This document shows, piece by piece, positions 45,816 through 64,000 of a stretch of 64,000 nucleotides of DNA. The translations under genes and the position numbers were made by a program. Every line of letters starts with the position of its first letter. The stretch's first letter is position 1. This DNA comes from the human T2T-CHM13v2.0 reference genome, Homo sapiens, in the NCBI RefSeq assembly GCF_009914755.1, contig NC_060942.1, one strand, 5' to 3'. The notes below the pieces were generated by a model. The model saw nothing but the letters and a program-made list of their open reading frames with translations, did not search any database and had not been told where the DNA came from.

Positions 45816-45977
45816 TAGGCACTTTTTTAAAAACTAAATTGGTTTTATTTACAAGGAGGTCAGTTATTTTCTCTGCATTTGATTTCACTAAATTATCAAG
45901 TGCAGGGAAAACATTTACTTTCTAGATTCATACTCCTTAAGGAACACTTTTTATTATTTTTTTCAAATGCTGCTCTC

Positions 45978-46463
45978 CAGGTTGAGCCTCCCTAATCTGA
46001 AAATCTGAAATTGGAAATGCTCCAAAATCGGAAACTTTTAGAGTGCCAGCCTAACGCCACAAATGGAAAACTCCACACCTGACCTCATGCAAAGGGTCTC
46101 AGTGAAAACACAGGCACACAACGCATGGTTTATCCAGTGGCTCCAAGGGAAAAAAGACCTTCCCAGCCCCTTAGCTGCAATAGATATTTTCCACTCATTC
46201 CCAGATTCCCCCAGGCAAGCATGTCCACAAAGGGTAATAAAATAACATTTCATTTCATGCACAAAATCATTTTAACGTATCGTGTAAAATTATCTTCAGT
46301 CTATGTGTATAAGCTGTACGTGAAGCATAAATAGGGTTTGTGTTTAGATATTCCATCCCCAAGATATCTCATTATGTACGTGCAAACATTTCAAAATCCA
46401 AAAATTTCCAAAATTCCATACACTTCTGGTCTCTAGCATTTTGGATAAGTGATACTCAACCTG
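45978..46463. mobile_element. Tigger4 (Zombi)-family internally deleted element
   Basis: Termini CAGGTTGAG...CTCAACCTG; GAAATGCTCCAAAATC. Confidence 0.8.
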
Positions 46464-46618
46464 TATTAACAAGCAGTAATTAATTTTAAAATGTGCTGTG
46501 CAGAATGCTTTTACATAGCTAATGGTTTTAGCAGCAAGGGCGATCACCTCTGCTTCATATCCAACATTTCACTAATCACCTCTTTTATAAGGTTTCTTTT
46601 CCTTAACCCATATCACCC

Positions 46619-46925
46619 TGTTACAATATAAACTAAGGCACATTAAAATTTTAAAGAGTTTCTTGAGTAGACAGATTCATGAATTGGGCAGCACCAGACC
46701 TTAAGTAGCTTGGGGCACCACTGAAGGGACACTGGGGTTTTGACAACGTGAATACAGAAGCAAGGCAAAGAAATTCATCCAGCAAAAGTCCCTAGTTAGA
46801 AGTTAGTTCCGATTGGCCTACGATATGACCGTTGACACTGAGGTGGGTTTCGTTTGCTTACTAGGAAGCCAGGGTGCTGAAGCCTCCTCAGTCTAATGGC
46901 CTCCCAGTGAATTATTTATTTAGAA
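46619..46925 (-). mobile_element. Old ERV1 LTR (MER67-like)
   Basis: GATTCATGAATTGGGCAGC and CAGTCTAATGGCCTCCC motifs; subfamily uncertain. Confidence 0.5.
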
Positions 46926-46961
46926 AACTGATTCTCTTTCAACATTCCAGTCTTATAGTGA

Positions 46962-47954
<993 letters not shown>

Positions 47955-48115
47955 CTAAAAAGTAAACTTGGTCTACAAAGATGTTGTCATTTGTGATATC
48001 AGTAGGTCTCATATCAGTTATAAAGTCCTTTGCCTCTGTTAGCCAGATTTCAACTGTGAGCAGATACTTTTTACCACTGTTGAGCTTTATAGAATTTCAC
48101 AGCCAGTAAGACTAA

Positions 48116-48810
<695 letters not shown>

Positions 48811-49877
48811 ATGTATTTATTTGAAGTGCTTCTGAAGACGAACTGCCTCTAAACTTCACTATCTGGGGCACAAACATCAGCAAGCTGGAGAACGCCCTTG
48901 GCCTGCTGCAGCTCCCTTGACATCGTCTTGCATTACTTCCTCCGGTGGCCTCACTCCAGAGACTACCCCTGGTCCGTGAAAAGCAGAAGGCAAATGAAAA
49001 TGTATACGTTGTAAACCCACGACTCATTTCAGCCAGCCAGGCATCTCTTTCCCTTTTATCATTACACAAGTAAAGCATGAATTCATGCTGATTGTAAAAA
49101 AAATGCAGCAAGGCAGAAATACATGGAGCAAAAAGTGAAAGCCCCTTCATCACACCTTCTTTCCATCTGCTTCCCCTCCCAGACGTCTCTCAGAGTATTT
49201 ATAGATTCAACAGATGGAAGCCCTCCCGCCCCAGCTCGGCTCCACCCCACCCCGGCTCCACCCCACCCCTGCACTCCTAGGAAGACCTCTCCTCCTCACT
49301 CCCCAAGAGCACAGATTTTATGCTGGAGAATTTCTGGAGTGGAAAAGGAGGCCCAGTTTTACAAACTAAAGGGGTCCCATAGATACCTCAGGAAGAGAGG
49401 GAAAGCCAAGCACGAGTCTGTAGAGGGGGAGGGGGCAGCCTGGGGGCAGCCTAGCGACAGGCGGCCGGCGGGCAAGCAGAGAGGCTGCAGGCAGTCAGCT
49501 TTGGGGACAGTGAGGAGGCTGTGAGTTGCTCAGACAGAGGCAGGGGCACACAGAGGCCTCCCTCCCAGGGAACAGCTCCAGCTTTAGGACCCATCTTTTG
49601 CAGCTCAGGAGCCGTTCTGAGTTAGCAAGGACGTGTACCCTTCTAAGCCTTCCTTTGTTTCTTTGTGTAACTGCCTTTGTCTGGGGAGCCCCGGGGGCTG
49701 CAGCGGTCAGGAGGAAGCGGGCCCAGCCTCAGCCAGGCCTGCACGGCGGAGGGGCAGCCCCACTCTCCGGAAACAGGGAGGGCCCAGCGCAGAGCAGCGT
49801 TCCCCAGCAGAGCACAGTGAGATGGGCCTGGGCCTGCCTTTGGGGTGGGAAGAAGCTGCCCTTAAAAAGGGGTTACA

Positions 49878-50169
<292 letters not shown>

Positions 50170-50214
50170 GGTGGGAGGGTTACATGTATATGGCGCGGGG
50201 TGTATTATGAAAGT

Positions 50215-50645
50215 TGCTGGTACCGAAACGGAGTCACCTAGGTCAAACTCTAAACTCTAGCAAAATGGAGTTGGGGGAGGCTATGAAGAGGCCCTCACGC
50301 CCACATGCTGGCCACGGGACCCATCTCTAGACGTTCCTGCACGTAGACCCGCATCAGGACTTGTTGCAAGGACTTCTCGAGGCTGTGGTATTCCAGATCC
50401 GCCACCAGCACGGGATAGTGACCTGGCAACGGCCGCCTCCACCAGCAAACAGACGCCAGCTCCTGCAGTGAGCTTCTGTGACCTGCCAGCCTTGTTTCAA
50501 AGCAGCGTGCATGGACTTCTCTTTGTCTTTTAAACCTTATGAGCCATCATAGCACACGCTTCCACGGATTGCAATCCCTTGCATAGTCCCAAATGAGCTC
50601 ATTTGTTTCCGAGTCTGTCTCTCTGAGTTTCCTCTTTAGGTTGAT
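50215..50645 (+). mobile_element. Old ERV1 LTR (MER34/MER39-like), CpG-rich
   Basis: GGAGTCAC..GTCAAAC..AAATGGAG..GAGGCCCTCACGC start and CTCTTTAGGTTGA end; subfamily uncertain. Confidence 0.5.
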
Positions 50646-50670
50646 GGTATGATTTCATTTATTTTTTTTA

Positions 50671-51659
<989 letters not shown>

Positions 51660-52443
51660 CTACATCTCTGCAAAGGAGAGATTAGGGAAAGTTGAGTGGA
51701 GATCCCCAAATTCCATCATTTTGAAAAATGCTTTTGTTTCATTTTAGTTTTCCATAGCACAAGCCTATTAAACTTTCAAAGAAGTTTTAATGATGTTGAA
51801 TGGCCTTCCTCTTCCCTTTTATGTCATTTGCTCTCTTTTTTGAAGGAATCAAAGACAAACTTCAAATGCTGAGAATGTCAACTTCATCCAGTTTAATACT
51901 TTTATATGTGTTGCCAAGAAAGAAATTCCCAGAAGCAAAAATGTCAAAATAATCTTTGTGAAAGACAAAACACGAAAAAAAAAAACCCAAAAGCCTATTT
52001 CAGATGTCAATGGTCAGCAATATTCTTGAAAAATAATTATCACCTTTGAAAATTATGTTTCTTAAAATTAATTTCCCTAAGATCACAGTTGGGCTTTCCT
52101 TTCACAGAACTTTCAAACAACTTCTGATGTCAAAATAACTGGCAATTTGCTTTTCTTAGGGTGGCATTGAATTTCCTTAGTAGTTAGTTAGCTTTTATAA
52201 GTTAATAAAGTGTGACAACGCCATGAATGTTGGAGCAGGGTCAAAGGCAGGAAGTCCAGCAGATGTGTGTTTCGTGGTCCCGGCTCTGTTTTCCCGGCCA
52301 TACAAGTGCCTTGGCTTGCCTCATGGATGGGAGACCCTGTGAGCCAGAGACTGAGTCAAGATTTGAATCTTTCTAAAGTTAGCACAGAGGGGATTTCACA
52401 AAGTGTAATTCTCTTGGAAAAAGGGCTGATGTCATTTTTAAAT

Positions 52444-53220
<777 letters not shown>

Positions 53221-53489
53221 TTGTAAAACTGAATTTCAAATTCTCCTCCCCACCATAGGGTGATAGAGCTATCCAGTGGAATGGCTCATCCAGGGGAAAG
53301 GGGAAGCCTGAGAATTGTAGAGCAGGATTTCCCAGTCCTGAAGAGGGGGCTCCTGGTGAGTCCTGGGGTGATTTCAAAGCAGTGATTTTGGCAATCAGGT
53401 TTATTGGAGCAGGGTTTTATTTACCCCAACTGAGGGGTAAAGGGGGTACACTTTGATAGAGAATAGAATGGTCATTGTTTCTATTCCAA

Positions 53490-56115
<2,626 letters not shown>

Positions 56116-57399
56116 AAGTGGGGAAGCATAAGGAATGCTTTGTTCAATCACAAACAATTCAACAAGGAACACAAAAATGATAATTTTTCAAGTTCCTGTC
56201 AAGATATTTTCCATTAGATCTATACCATATAGTTATCTGGTCACAATTCTTATATAGCATACCAAACTATCTCTGGTTCTTCAAACATCGATGTTAAAAG
56301 AGAAAATACTATACAGTAAAAAAAAAAAAATTCAATTAGGCTTTTTACTCACAAAGAAAAGAAGATCTGTACTCACAATGTATGATTTCTGAACAAATGA
56401 CAACCAATAGCACCAACAGCAGTTTGAGATCTTCTCTAGCTCCTCATTTAGAAACAAAACTGAAAAATTACAAAAATAAGCCAACCAGGTTTTTTAAAAC
56501 CAAAAATTGCAAGCATTTGAAATAGCTGCTTTGGTCTATTTTTGATGCCGTCATGCAAATACATTTCCATCTAAATTTTTTCTCATTTAAACAAATTTTT
56601 ATCAACACGATATATGTAAATTACTTAAAAAAAGAGTACAGCTTAAAGTCAGCTGACGAGCAATGAAAAAAATAAAAAGTAAAAAAATCAGAGTATAGCA
56701 GGGTTTGTAATGAAAAGTCCTTCCCACTCTAGGCCTACCCTCATAGGCAATCATTTTTCTATACTTTGTTCTCTTGATCATTACCTTCGGGATTCTAAAT
56801 ATTATATTTCCATACCACTATTTTCAGATTAGATGGATAACATCTAACAAGTCCCTGCTCTAAAAGATGAGGATTTAACCCATACTATTGCCTTTCTCCT
56901 CTCAATTTTTATTGTTATTTTACTTATGTCTTTTTCTTTTTTTTAACCTTTGAAACTTGAAATAAAACACTTAAGCTTCTATTTCATGATCCATTAACTT
57001 TATACAACATTCCTTGCCTCTCCAGGATATAAGATTCTTCTGCAACTATCACCTCTCAACTTAGGTTCCGGTATTAAGTCTTCCGTGAATTGTCTATTGG
57101 TTGACTTTTTAAAGTTGAAAACCATTAAGTAGCATGCACATTATTATAATATGTAGGTATTATTAGTCACAGAGCTTTTAAAAAATATGCTAAGATTCTG
57201 TTTCCTCCTCTATATGGTCAATGTCAGAACTCCAGTGTCAACTGAAAGAAGTTCTAGAATCATGGGCAAAAAATATTCTCTTCTAAAACACTATCACTTG
57301 CTCAAAATGTTACAATTACATTTTAGCATGTTTCAGGTTTGAATCAAGACTATCCTGTACAACCTTCTGTTTTTCTTGGCATTTCTAAGTGCCTTTTGC

Positions 57400-57735
57400 T
57401 TTTTTGTTGTTGTTGTTTGTTTTGTTTTTGTTTTTGAGATGGAGATGGAGTCTCACTCTGGTACCCAGGATGCAGTACAGTGGCACGATCTCGGCTAACT
57501 GTACTTTGCCTTTGCCTCCCGGGTTCAAGCAATTCTCCTGCCTCAGCCTCTCGAGTAGCTGAGACTACAGGCATGCACCACCACACCTGAGTATTTTTGT
57601 ATTTTTAGTAAAGATGGGAGGTAGGGGTCTCACCATGTTGGTCAGGCTGGTCTCAAAACTCCTGACCTCAAGTGATCCGCTGGCCTCAGCTTCCCGAAGT
57701 GCTGGGATTACAGGCGTGAGCCTCCACACCTGGCC
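57400..57735 (-). mobile_element. AluS
   Basis: Reverse-complement Alu; TSD TCTAAG(T/G)GCCTTT. Confidence 0.9.
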
Positions 57736-58380
57736 TCTAAGGGCCTTTCTTTTATCTAATCTGAAAAAGAAGCATGTCTTCTTCTTAATAGGCTTCTAGG
57801 TCAGTTTAAATCTTTGTTGTATCCCATATCTTCCTTTCTCTTGGCTGTCCACATATTTCACTAAAATATATATCCTCAAAATCTTCCTAAAAAGGAATGT
57901 GTGGGAGCTATACTTTCTAAGTTCTTGGATGTGTACAAATATCCTAATTTTGCTTTCTCATTGAATTGATAGGTTGGCCATATATGGCATTTTAAATTGA
58001 AAATAATTTCAAATTGATATGTTAGAAAGCCCTGACTTATCAGTTTTTCCTACAAAATCAGTTTGTCTGTTTGTCTACCTTAGCATTTTCCTTTTTGCAG
58101 TTTATTTTCTTGTAAATCTGGGGATCCTTAATTGCTCATATTTACTGTCTAGCCAACTACTATGCCTCAAGGCTATCCTTCATTAAGGGTTGCTATGTTG
58201 GTAGCAGAGACGTTTTGGTGGTCAAGTCGTTTTTCCATTGATAAGGTTCTCTGACAGAAAAGATTATCTTATATCTAGTATACTAGTAGCTTCGCAATCA
58301 GGGACCTTACCCCTGACTTTTTACCACTGCATGCCGCAACATTCTGTAGCTAGTAAAGTAACAAACTCATTAATGCATCA

Positions 58381-58801
<421 letters not shown>

Positions 58802-59167
58802 TTACTGTTTTCAAGATACAGGTTTTAAAGGGACAAATGAGAAAATGTATATTAAGCAACTTTTTAAAAATAAACAGGAAAGCAGTATAAAATGACAGAA
58901 GAACTTTATATTGGCATTGTATCTTCTATCTTTTGTATCTAGATCAACTTCTGGATAAGCAAATTTGTCTGTATACCTGATATTTATTAAAGTATAGATT
59001 TTTAAATATTAGCCTATTAAATATTTCATGATTTTAGATATTTCCAATGTCAAACTTTCAAAAGTACATGTTTAACTCCTAATGATTCTTCAATTTTTTG
59101 CATATCTTTTTTGTTTCTAATGTTGTTTACAAATGAACAAATTCTTTAGTTAGAAATGCTAGTTTAA

Positions 59168-59390
59168 GCCAGACATGGTGGCATGTGCCTTATAGCCTTA
59201 GCTACTCGGAGGCTGAGGCAGGAGGATTGCTTGAGCTCAGGAGGTTGAGGCTGAAGTAAGCTGTTGATTGAGCCATTGCACTTCAGCCTGGGTGGCAGAG
59301 TGAGACCCTATATCTCCCCCCCCCCAAAAAAAAAAAAAGAAGAAGAAGAAGAAGAAGAAGAAGAAAGAGAGAGAGAGAAAGAAGGAAAGA
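59168..59390 (+). mobile_element. Alu monomer with (GAA)n(GA)n tail
   Basis: Right-arm-like sequence; TSD AGAAATGCTAGTTTA. Confidence 0.85.
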
Positions 59391-59790
59391 AATGCTAGTT
59401 TAGGTGAGAGATTCAATTATATATTATAATTAGACAAGAATCAACAAAGTAATGACTACTTAATTTGTTCTTAATTAAGCTTTTTTTCATTCTTAGTCTT
59501 CCTAGAGCATGACTATTCAAATCAGCCTACACTAATCAGTCTAATCAGACTAATTAAAATATCTTATTCTAAAGGATCAAAACATAACAAACACAGCTAG
59601 ATAACATCACATTGTTATGTTTTTCTTGCCTAATTAATTTTAACCAAAGAACATGGCATATATCAGTTGTTAAATATTAAAAGTCAAATTTGGGCTCATA
59701 ATAATGGGTTTATGAAATATAAAATAACTGAAATTATAAAATAGCTATTAAAATGTTTTTTGTGTCATTATACTTAATTTCTCTCTTATA

Positions 59791-60040
59791 CAGGCATACC
59801 TCATTTTATTGTGTTTTACTTTATTACCCTTCACAGGTACTGCATTTTTTACAAATTGGAGGTTTGTGGCAACCCTGCATAAATCAAATCTATCAGCACC
59901 ATTTTTCCAACAACATATGCTCACTTCTCATCTGTGTCAGCATTTTTTAGCAATATTTTAAAATTAAGGTACGTACATTTTTTAGACATGATGTTATCGC
60001 ACACTTAGTAGACTACAGTGTAGTGTAAACATAAGTTTTA
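59791..60040 (+). mobile_element. Tigger1-family 5' fragment
   Basis: TA|CAGGCATACCTCATTTTATTG...GGTTTGTGGCAACCCTGC. Confidence 0.8.
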
Positions 60041-60054
60041 AAAGGTTTTTTTAG

Positions 60055-60928
<874 letters not shown>

Positions 60929-61329
60929 TGCCCTAATAACTGGGGAATCTGTTATTGTTAATTGTACTAATAACTGGGGAAGATGGGAGTCTTTTTACCT
61001 TTCTGGCAAATTTTCTCTATGCTTGGAATTATTTCAAAATGAATCATTAAAAATAATTTTAAAAGGAGAACATGGCAGGAGAAAGTCAGAGACAGTGAGT
61101 ATAGAAAACGGAATTTTGCTATAATGAGGAGAGTTGAGAAGAGTTTAATCAGTCTCAGCCTTCAACCTGTTTCCGTTGACACCACGTGGATCCAAGAGGA
61201 GCTCCCCCAGTAAAACTCAGCCCCAAACAGATCTGCGAGCTAATGAAACCACTGTGTTTTGGGGTAGGTTGTTAGTAGCAATAGTGACCGGAGCAGAGCT
61301 CTCTGGGTTTTCTTTTATGAATCTTATAC

Positions 61330-61512
61330 GAGCAGACCTCATTTTATTTTGCTTCACTTTGCTTTGAACAAACCTTCAACTTTTGTTGTTTATCTGTGCT
61401 TCACAGATACTGCCATCTTTTGCAAATTGAAGGTTTGCGGAAACCCTGCATGGAGGAAGTGTATCGGTGCCATTTTTCCAACAGCATGCGCTCACTTTGT
61501 GTCTTTTTTCAC
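61330..61512 (+). mobile_element. Tigger1 5' fragment with a ~30-bp insertion
   Basis: ACCTCATTTTATT..GCTTCACAGATACTG..CAAATTGAAGGTTTG..CATTTTTCCAACAGCATG. Confidence 0.75.
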
Positions 61513-61687
61513 ATTCCCCTAAAGAGGGAAACAGCACAGGACTGGGCAGTGCAATGCTTCCATAGTGCACCTCATTGCATGGACGTTCCCCTGAGGCTGG
61601 TGGGCAAGCCAGCGCCAAGCAACCCACTCTGTGATCAGCCCACTCCCCATGGGAGTCTTGTCCCTTGGTGGCAAGTGTTTCCATAGT

Positions 61688-62086
61688 ACTACAGAATGGA
61701 TAGTTGTCCCCTTGAAATCTCATGTTGAAATTTGATCCCCCAGGTTGGAGGTGAGGCCTGGTAGGAGGCGTTTGAAATCCAGGGGCAGATCCCTCATGAA
61801 TGGCTTGGTGCCATTCTCTGAAAAGTGAGTTCTCACTCTTAGTTCCAGAGAGAACTGACTGTGAAAGAGCCCGGCACCTCCCTCCCTCTCTTTTCCTTTC
61901 TCTCTCCTGCTCCCCTTCACTTTCTGCCATGAGTGGAAGCTTTCTGGGGCCCTCACCAGAAGCAGATGCCAGCATAATGCTTCTTGGACAGCCTGCAAAA
62001 CTGTAAGCCGAATAAACCTATTTTCTGTATAAATTACCCAGCCTCAGGTGATTATTTTATTGCAATGCAAAATGGACTAAGATACA
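61688..62086 (+). mobile_element. MSTB-like MaLR LTR
   Basis: CTCATGTTGAAATTTGATCCCC..GGCAGATCCCTCATGAATGGC..ATAAATTACCCAGCCTCAGG..GGACTAAGA. Confidence 0.8.
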
Positions 62087-62295
62087 TAGCCTCTAGCTGT
62101 CCAAGCCATGCTTTTCTTATCTAAACATGCAAAGAAACGAGTAGCTCCCTGCAGTCATAACCACTCATTATAAACCTCCAAAACCGCAGCCCTCACTGGT
62201 GACTTTTCAGCCACTGCACACCCAAAGGTCACGTTCTCTCATAGCAGCAAGGCATCCCTGGTACTCCCACAGCTAGAGAGACCAGAGAACTCACT

Positions 62296-62819
62296 CGTAA
62301 GAAACAATAAATCTTTCTGAGTTTCTCTTCAAAGTGTTTAGCCTGTTAACTTCCTTATCCTTTGTTCTCAAACTCAACTTTCTTGTTCTTCCTTGCCCCT
62401 ACTTACCGTAAACAGCCTTCCCCTTCACATCAGCTCTAATCAATAACTCACATCTGTTCCCTTGGTTACCTGTACCCATTGTTCCCCCACAACTGCACGT
62501 CTCACACGATCCACCTCTGTACCTCACGTCCCCCTCCCCTGCTATATTTAGGAAAATATGTACAAGTAGCCAATCGGGTCAGCTCAGACTGTGCGGTCCG
62601 ACCCCAGCCCATGTGGGAGTGGCACAGGGATAGGGACTGCGTTAAGGATAAAAATATCCTGGTGTCCTTTGTTCTGTGTGTACTTGTGATCTCGATTGAC
62701 GTGAGTGACACCCTTCTGCAGAAGTAAATTGCCTTGCTGAGAGGATTAAACTTTTGCCTGAGTGCTGGTTTTACTTTGCAGCACCAAGCATTTATTCCTG
62801 GAGTATTTTATATCCAACA
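62296..62819 (+). mobile_element. Solo LTR10-family LTR (subfamily unresolved) inside an older ERV1-internal-like fragment
   Basis: CACCCTTCTGCAGAAGTAAATTGCCTTGCTGAGA..GCACCAAGCATTTA..CCAACA; TAGCCAATCGGG; TSD TCAC(T) (62291-62295 / 62820-62824). Confidence 0.75.
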
Positions 62820-63208
62820 TCACTACAAAAGAGAACAGAGCTCTAGACCCAAAAGAAACCTCCCCTTGACTCTTGGGACTCCATATGGAAGGCAGAAGAC
62901 CCCCAAAAGGGGGTGTGTGACACCTTTTTCTATGTTCTTAAGGGGTCTCAGGGTTGCTAGAAGTCTCCTCTAGATTCTTCACGTGGTCTTGAAGATAGCA
63001 AATGAAGGAGGAGCAGCAGCGGAAGGAAATTGAAAACTAAGTCTTAGAGGAGCCAAACTGGGGCAATTTCAAGCTTTCCAAAATGCAAAAATCATACCAA
63101 CAAGAAACGCACCACACAGAGGGACCAAACATATAAATTTTTTGCAAGGGGGGATGCTCAGTCAACTGAAAACAAATTCTCAGATACAGGATGCAAAAAG
63201 AGAAGAAA

Positions 63209-63778
<570 letters not shown>

Positions 63779-64000
63779 TCCTCTTCAAGTTCTTTTACTT
63801 TTGCTTCTGCTGCTAGCTGGGCTTCCATTCTGTTCACATTCTGTTCACGGAGGTGGCAGCCCCCCTGCAGGGCTGTTTGCCCCTTTCTGCCCTCCCTTGC
63901 CGCAGTGAGGTAGGTGGCTCTCGGATAAAGGTCATTCTAAGCCTGCCAGCATTTGGGGAGCATCCCTGTACTTACACCATGGTCCACAAGCATCTAAAAC

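Noticed and set aside
59531-59556. CTAATCAG-T-CTAATCAG-A-CTAATT homeobox-like repeat
   Set aside because: A short 9-bp slippage repeat in AT-rich DNA with no supporting context.
61376-61975. 199-aa ORF, the longest in the window
   Set aside because: It spans antisense MST LTR and Tigger1 fragments; a chance open frame.
63853-63873. CTCF-like motif GGCAGCCCCCCTGCAGGG
   Set aside because: One extra C breaks the core spacing; weak match only.

Overview
This is human (primate) genomic DNA, dense in Alu repeats. The only protein-coding content I can support is the last two coding exons and ~2.9-kb 3'UTR of TWSG1 (twisted gastrulation BMP modulator, + strand; recognised from the translated peptide; from memory chr18p11.22 with RALBP1 downstream). 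These are followed by ~46 kb of intergenic DNA. The rest is transposon-derived: ~50 Alus (one AluYb8), old L1s, a full-length Tigger1, MER33, Tigger4, MaLR LTRs, a solo LTR12F just past the TWSG1 3' end, a one-LTR HERV-H with a nested AP-1-repeat LTR10F, a doubly truncated SVA and a second LTR10-family LTR. I find no convincing new gene system. The most unusual signals are structural: a 218-bp locally templated insertion in Tigger1, a duplicated polypurine tract in HERV-H env, a prematurely polyadenylated SVA, and an in-frame TWSG1 exon flanked by inverted Alus. Repeat subfamily names come from recalled consensus sequences, and most repeat boundaries are approximate (about +/-20 bp, more for old elements).
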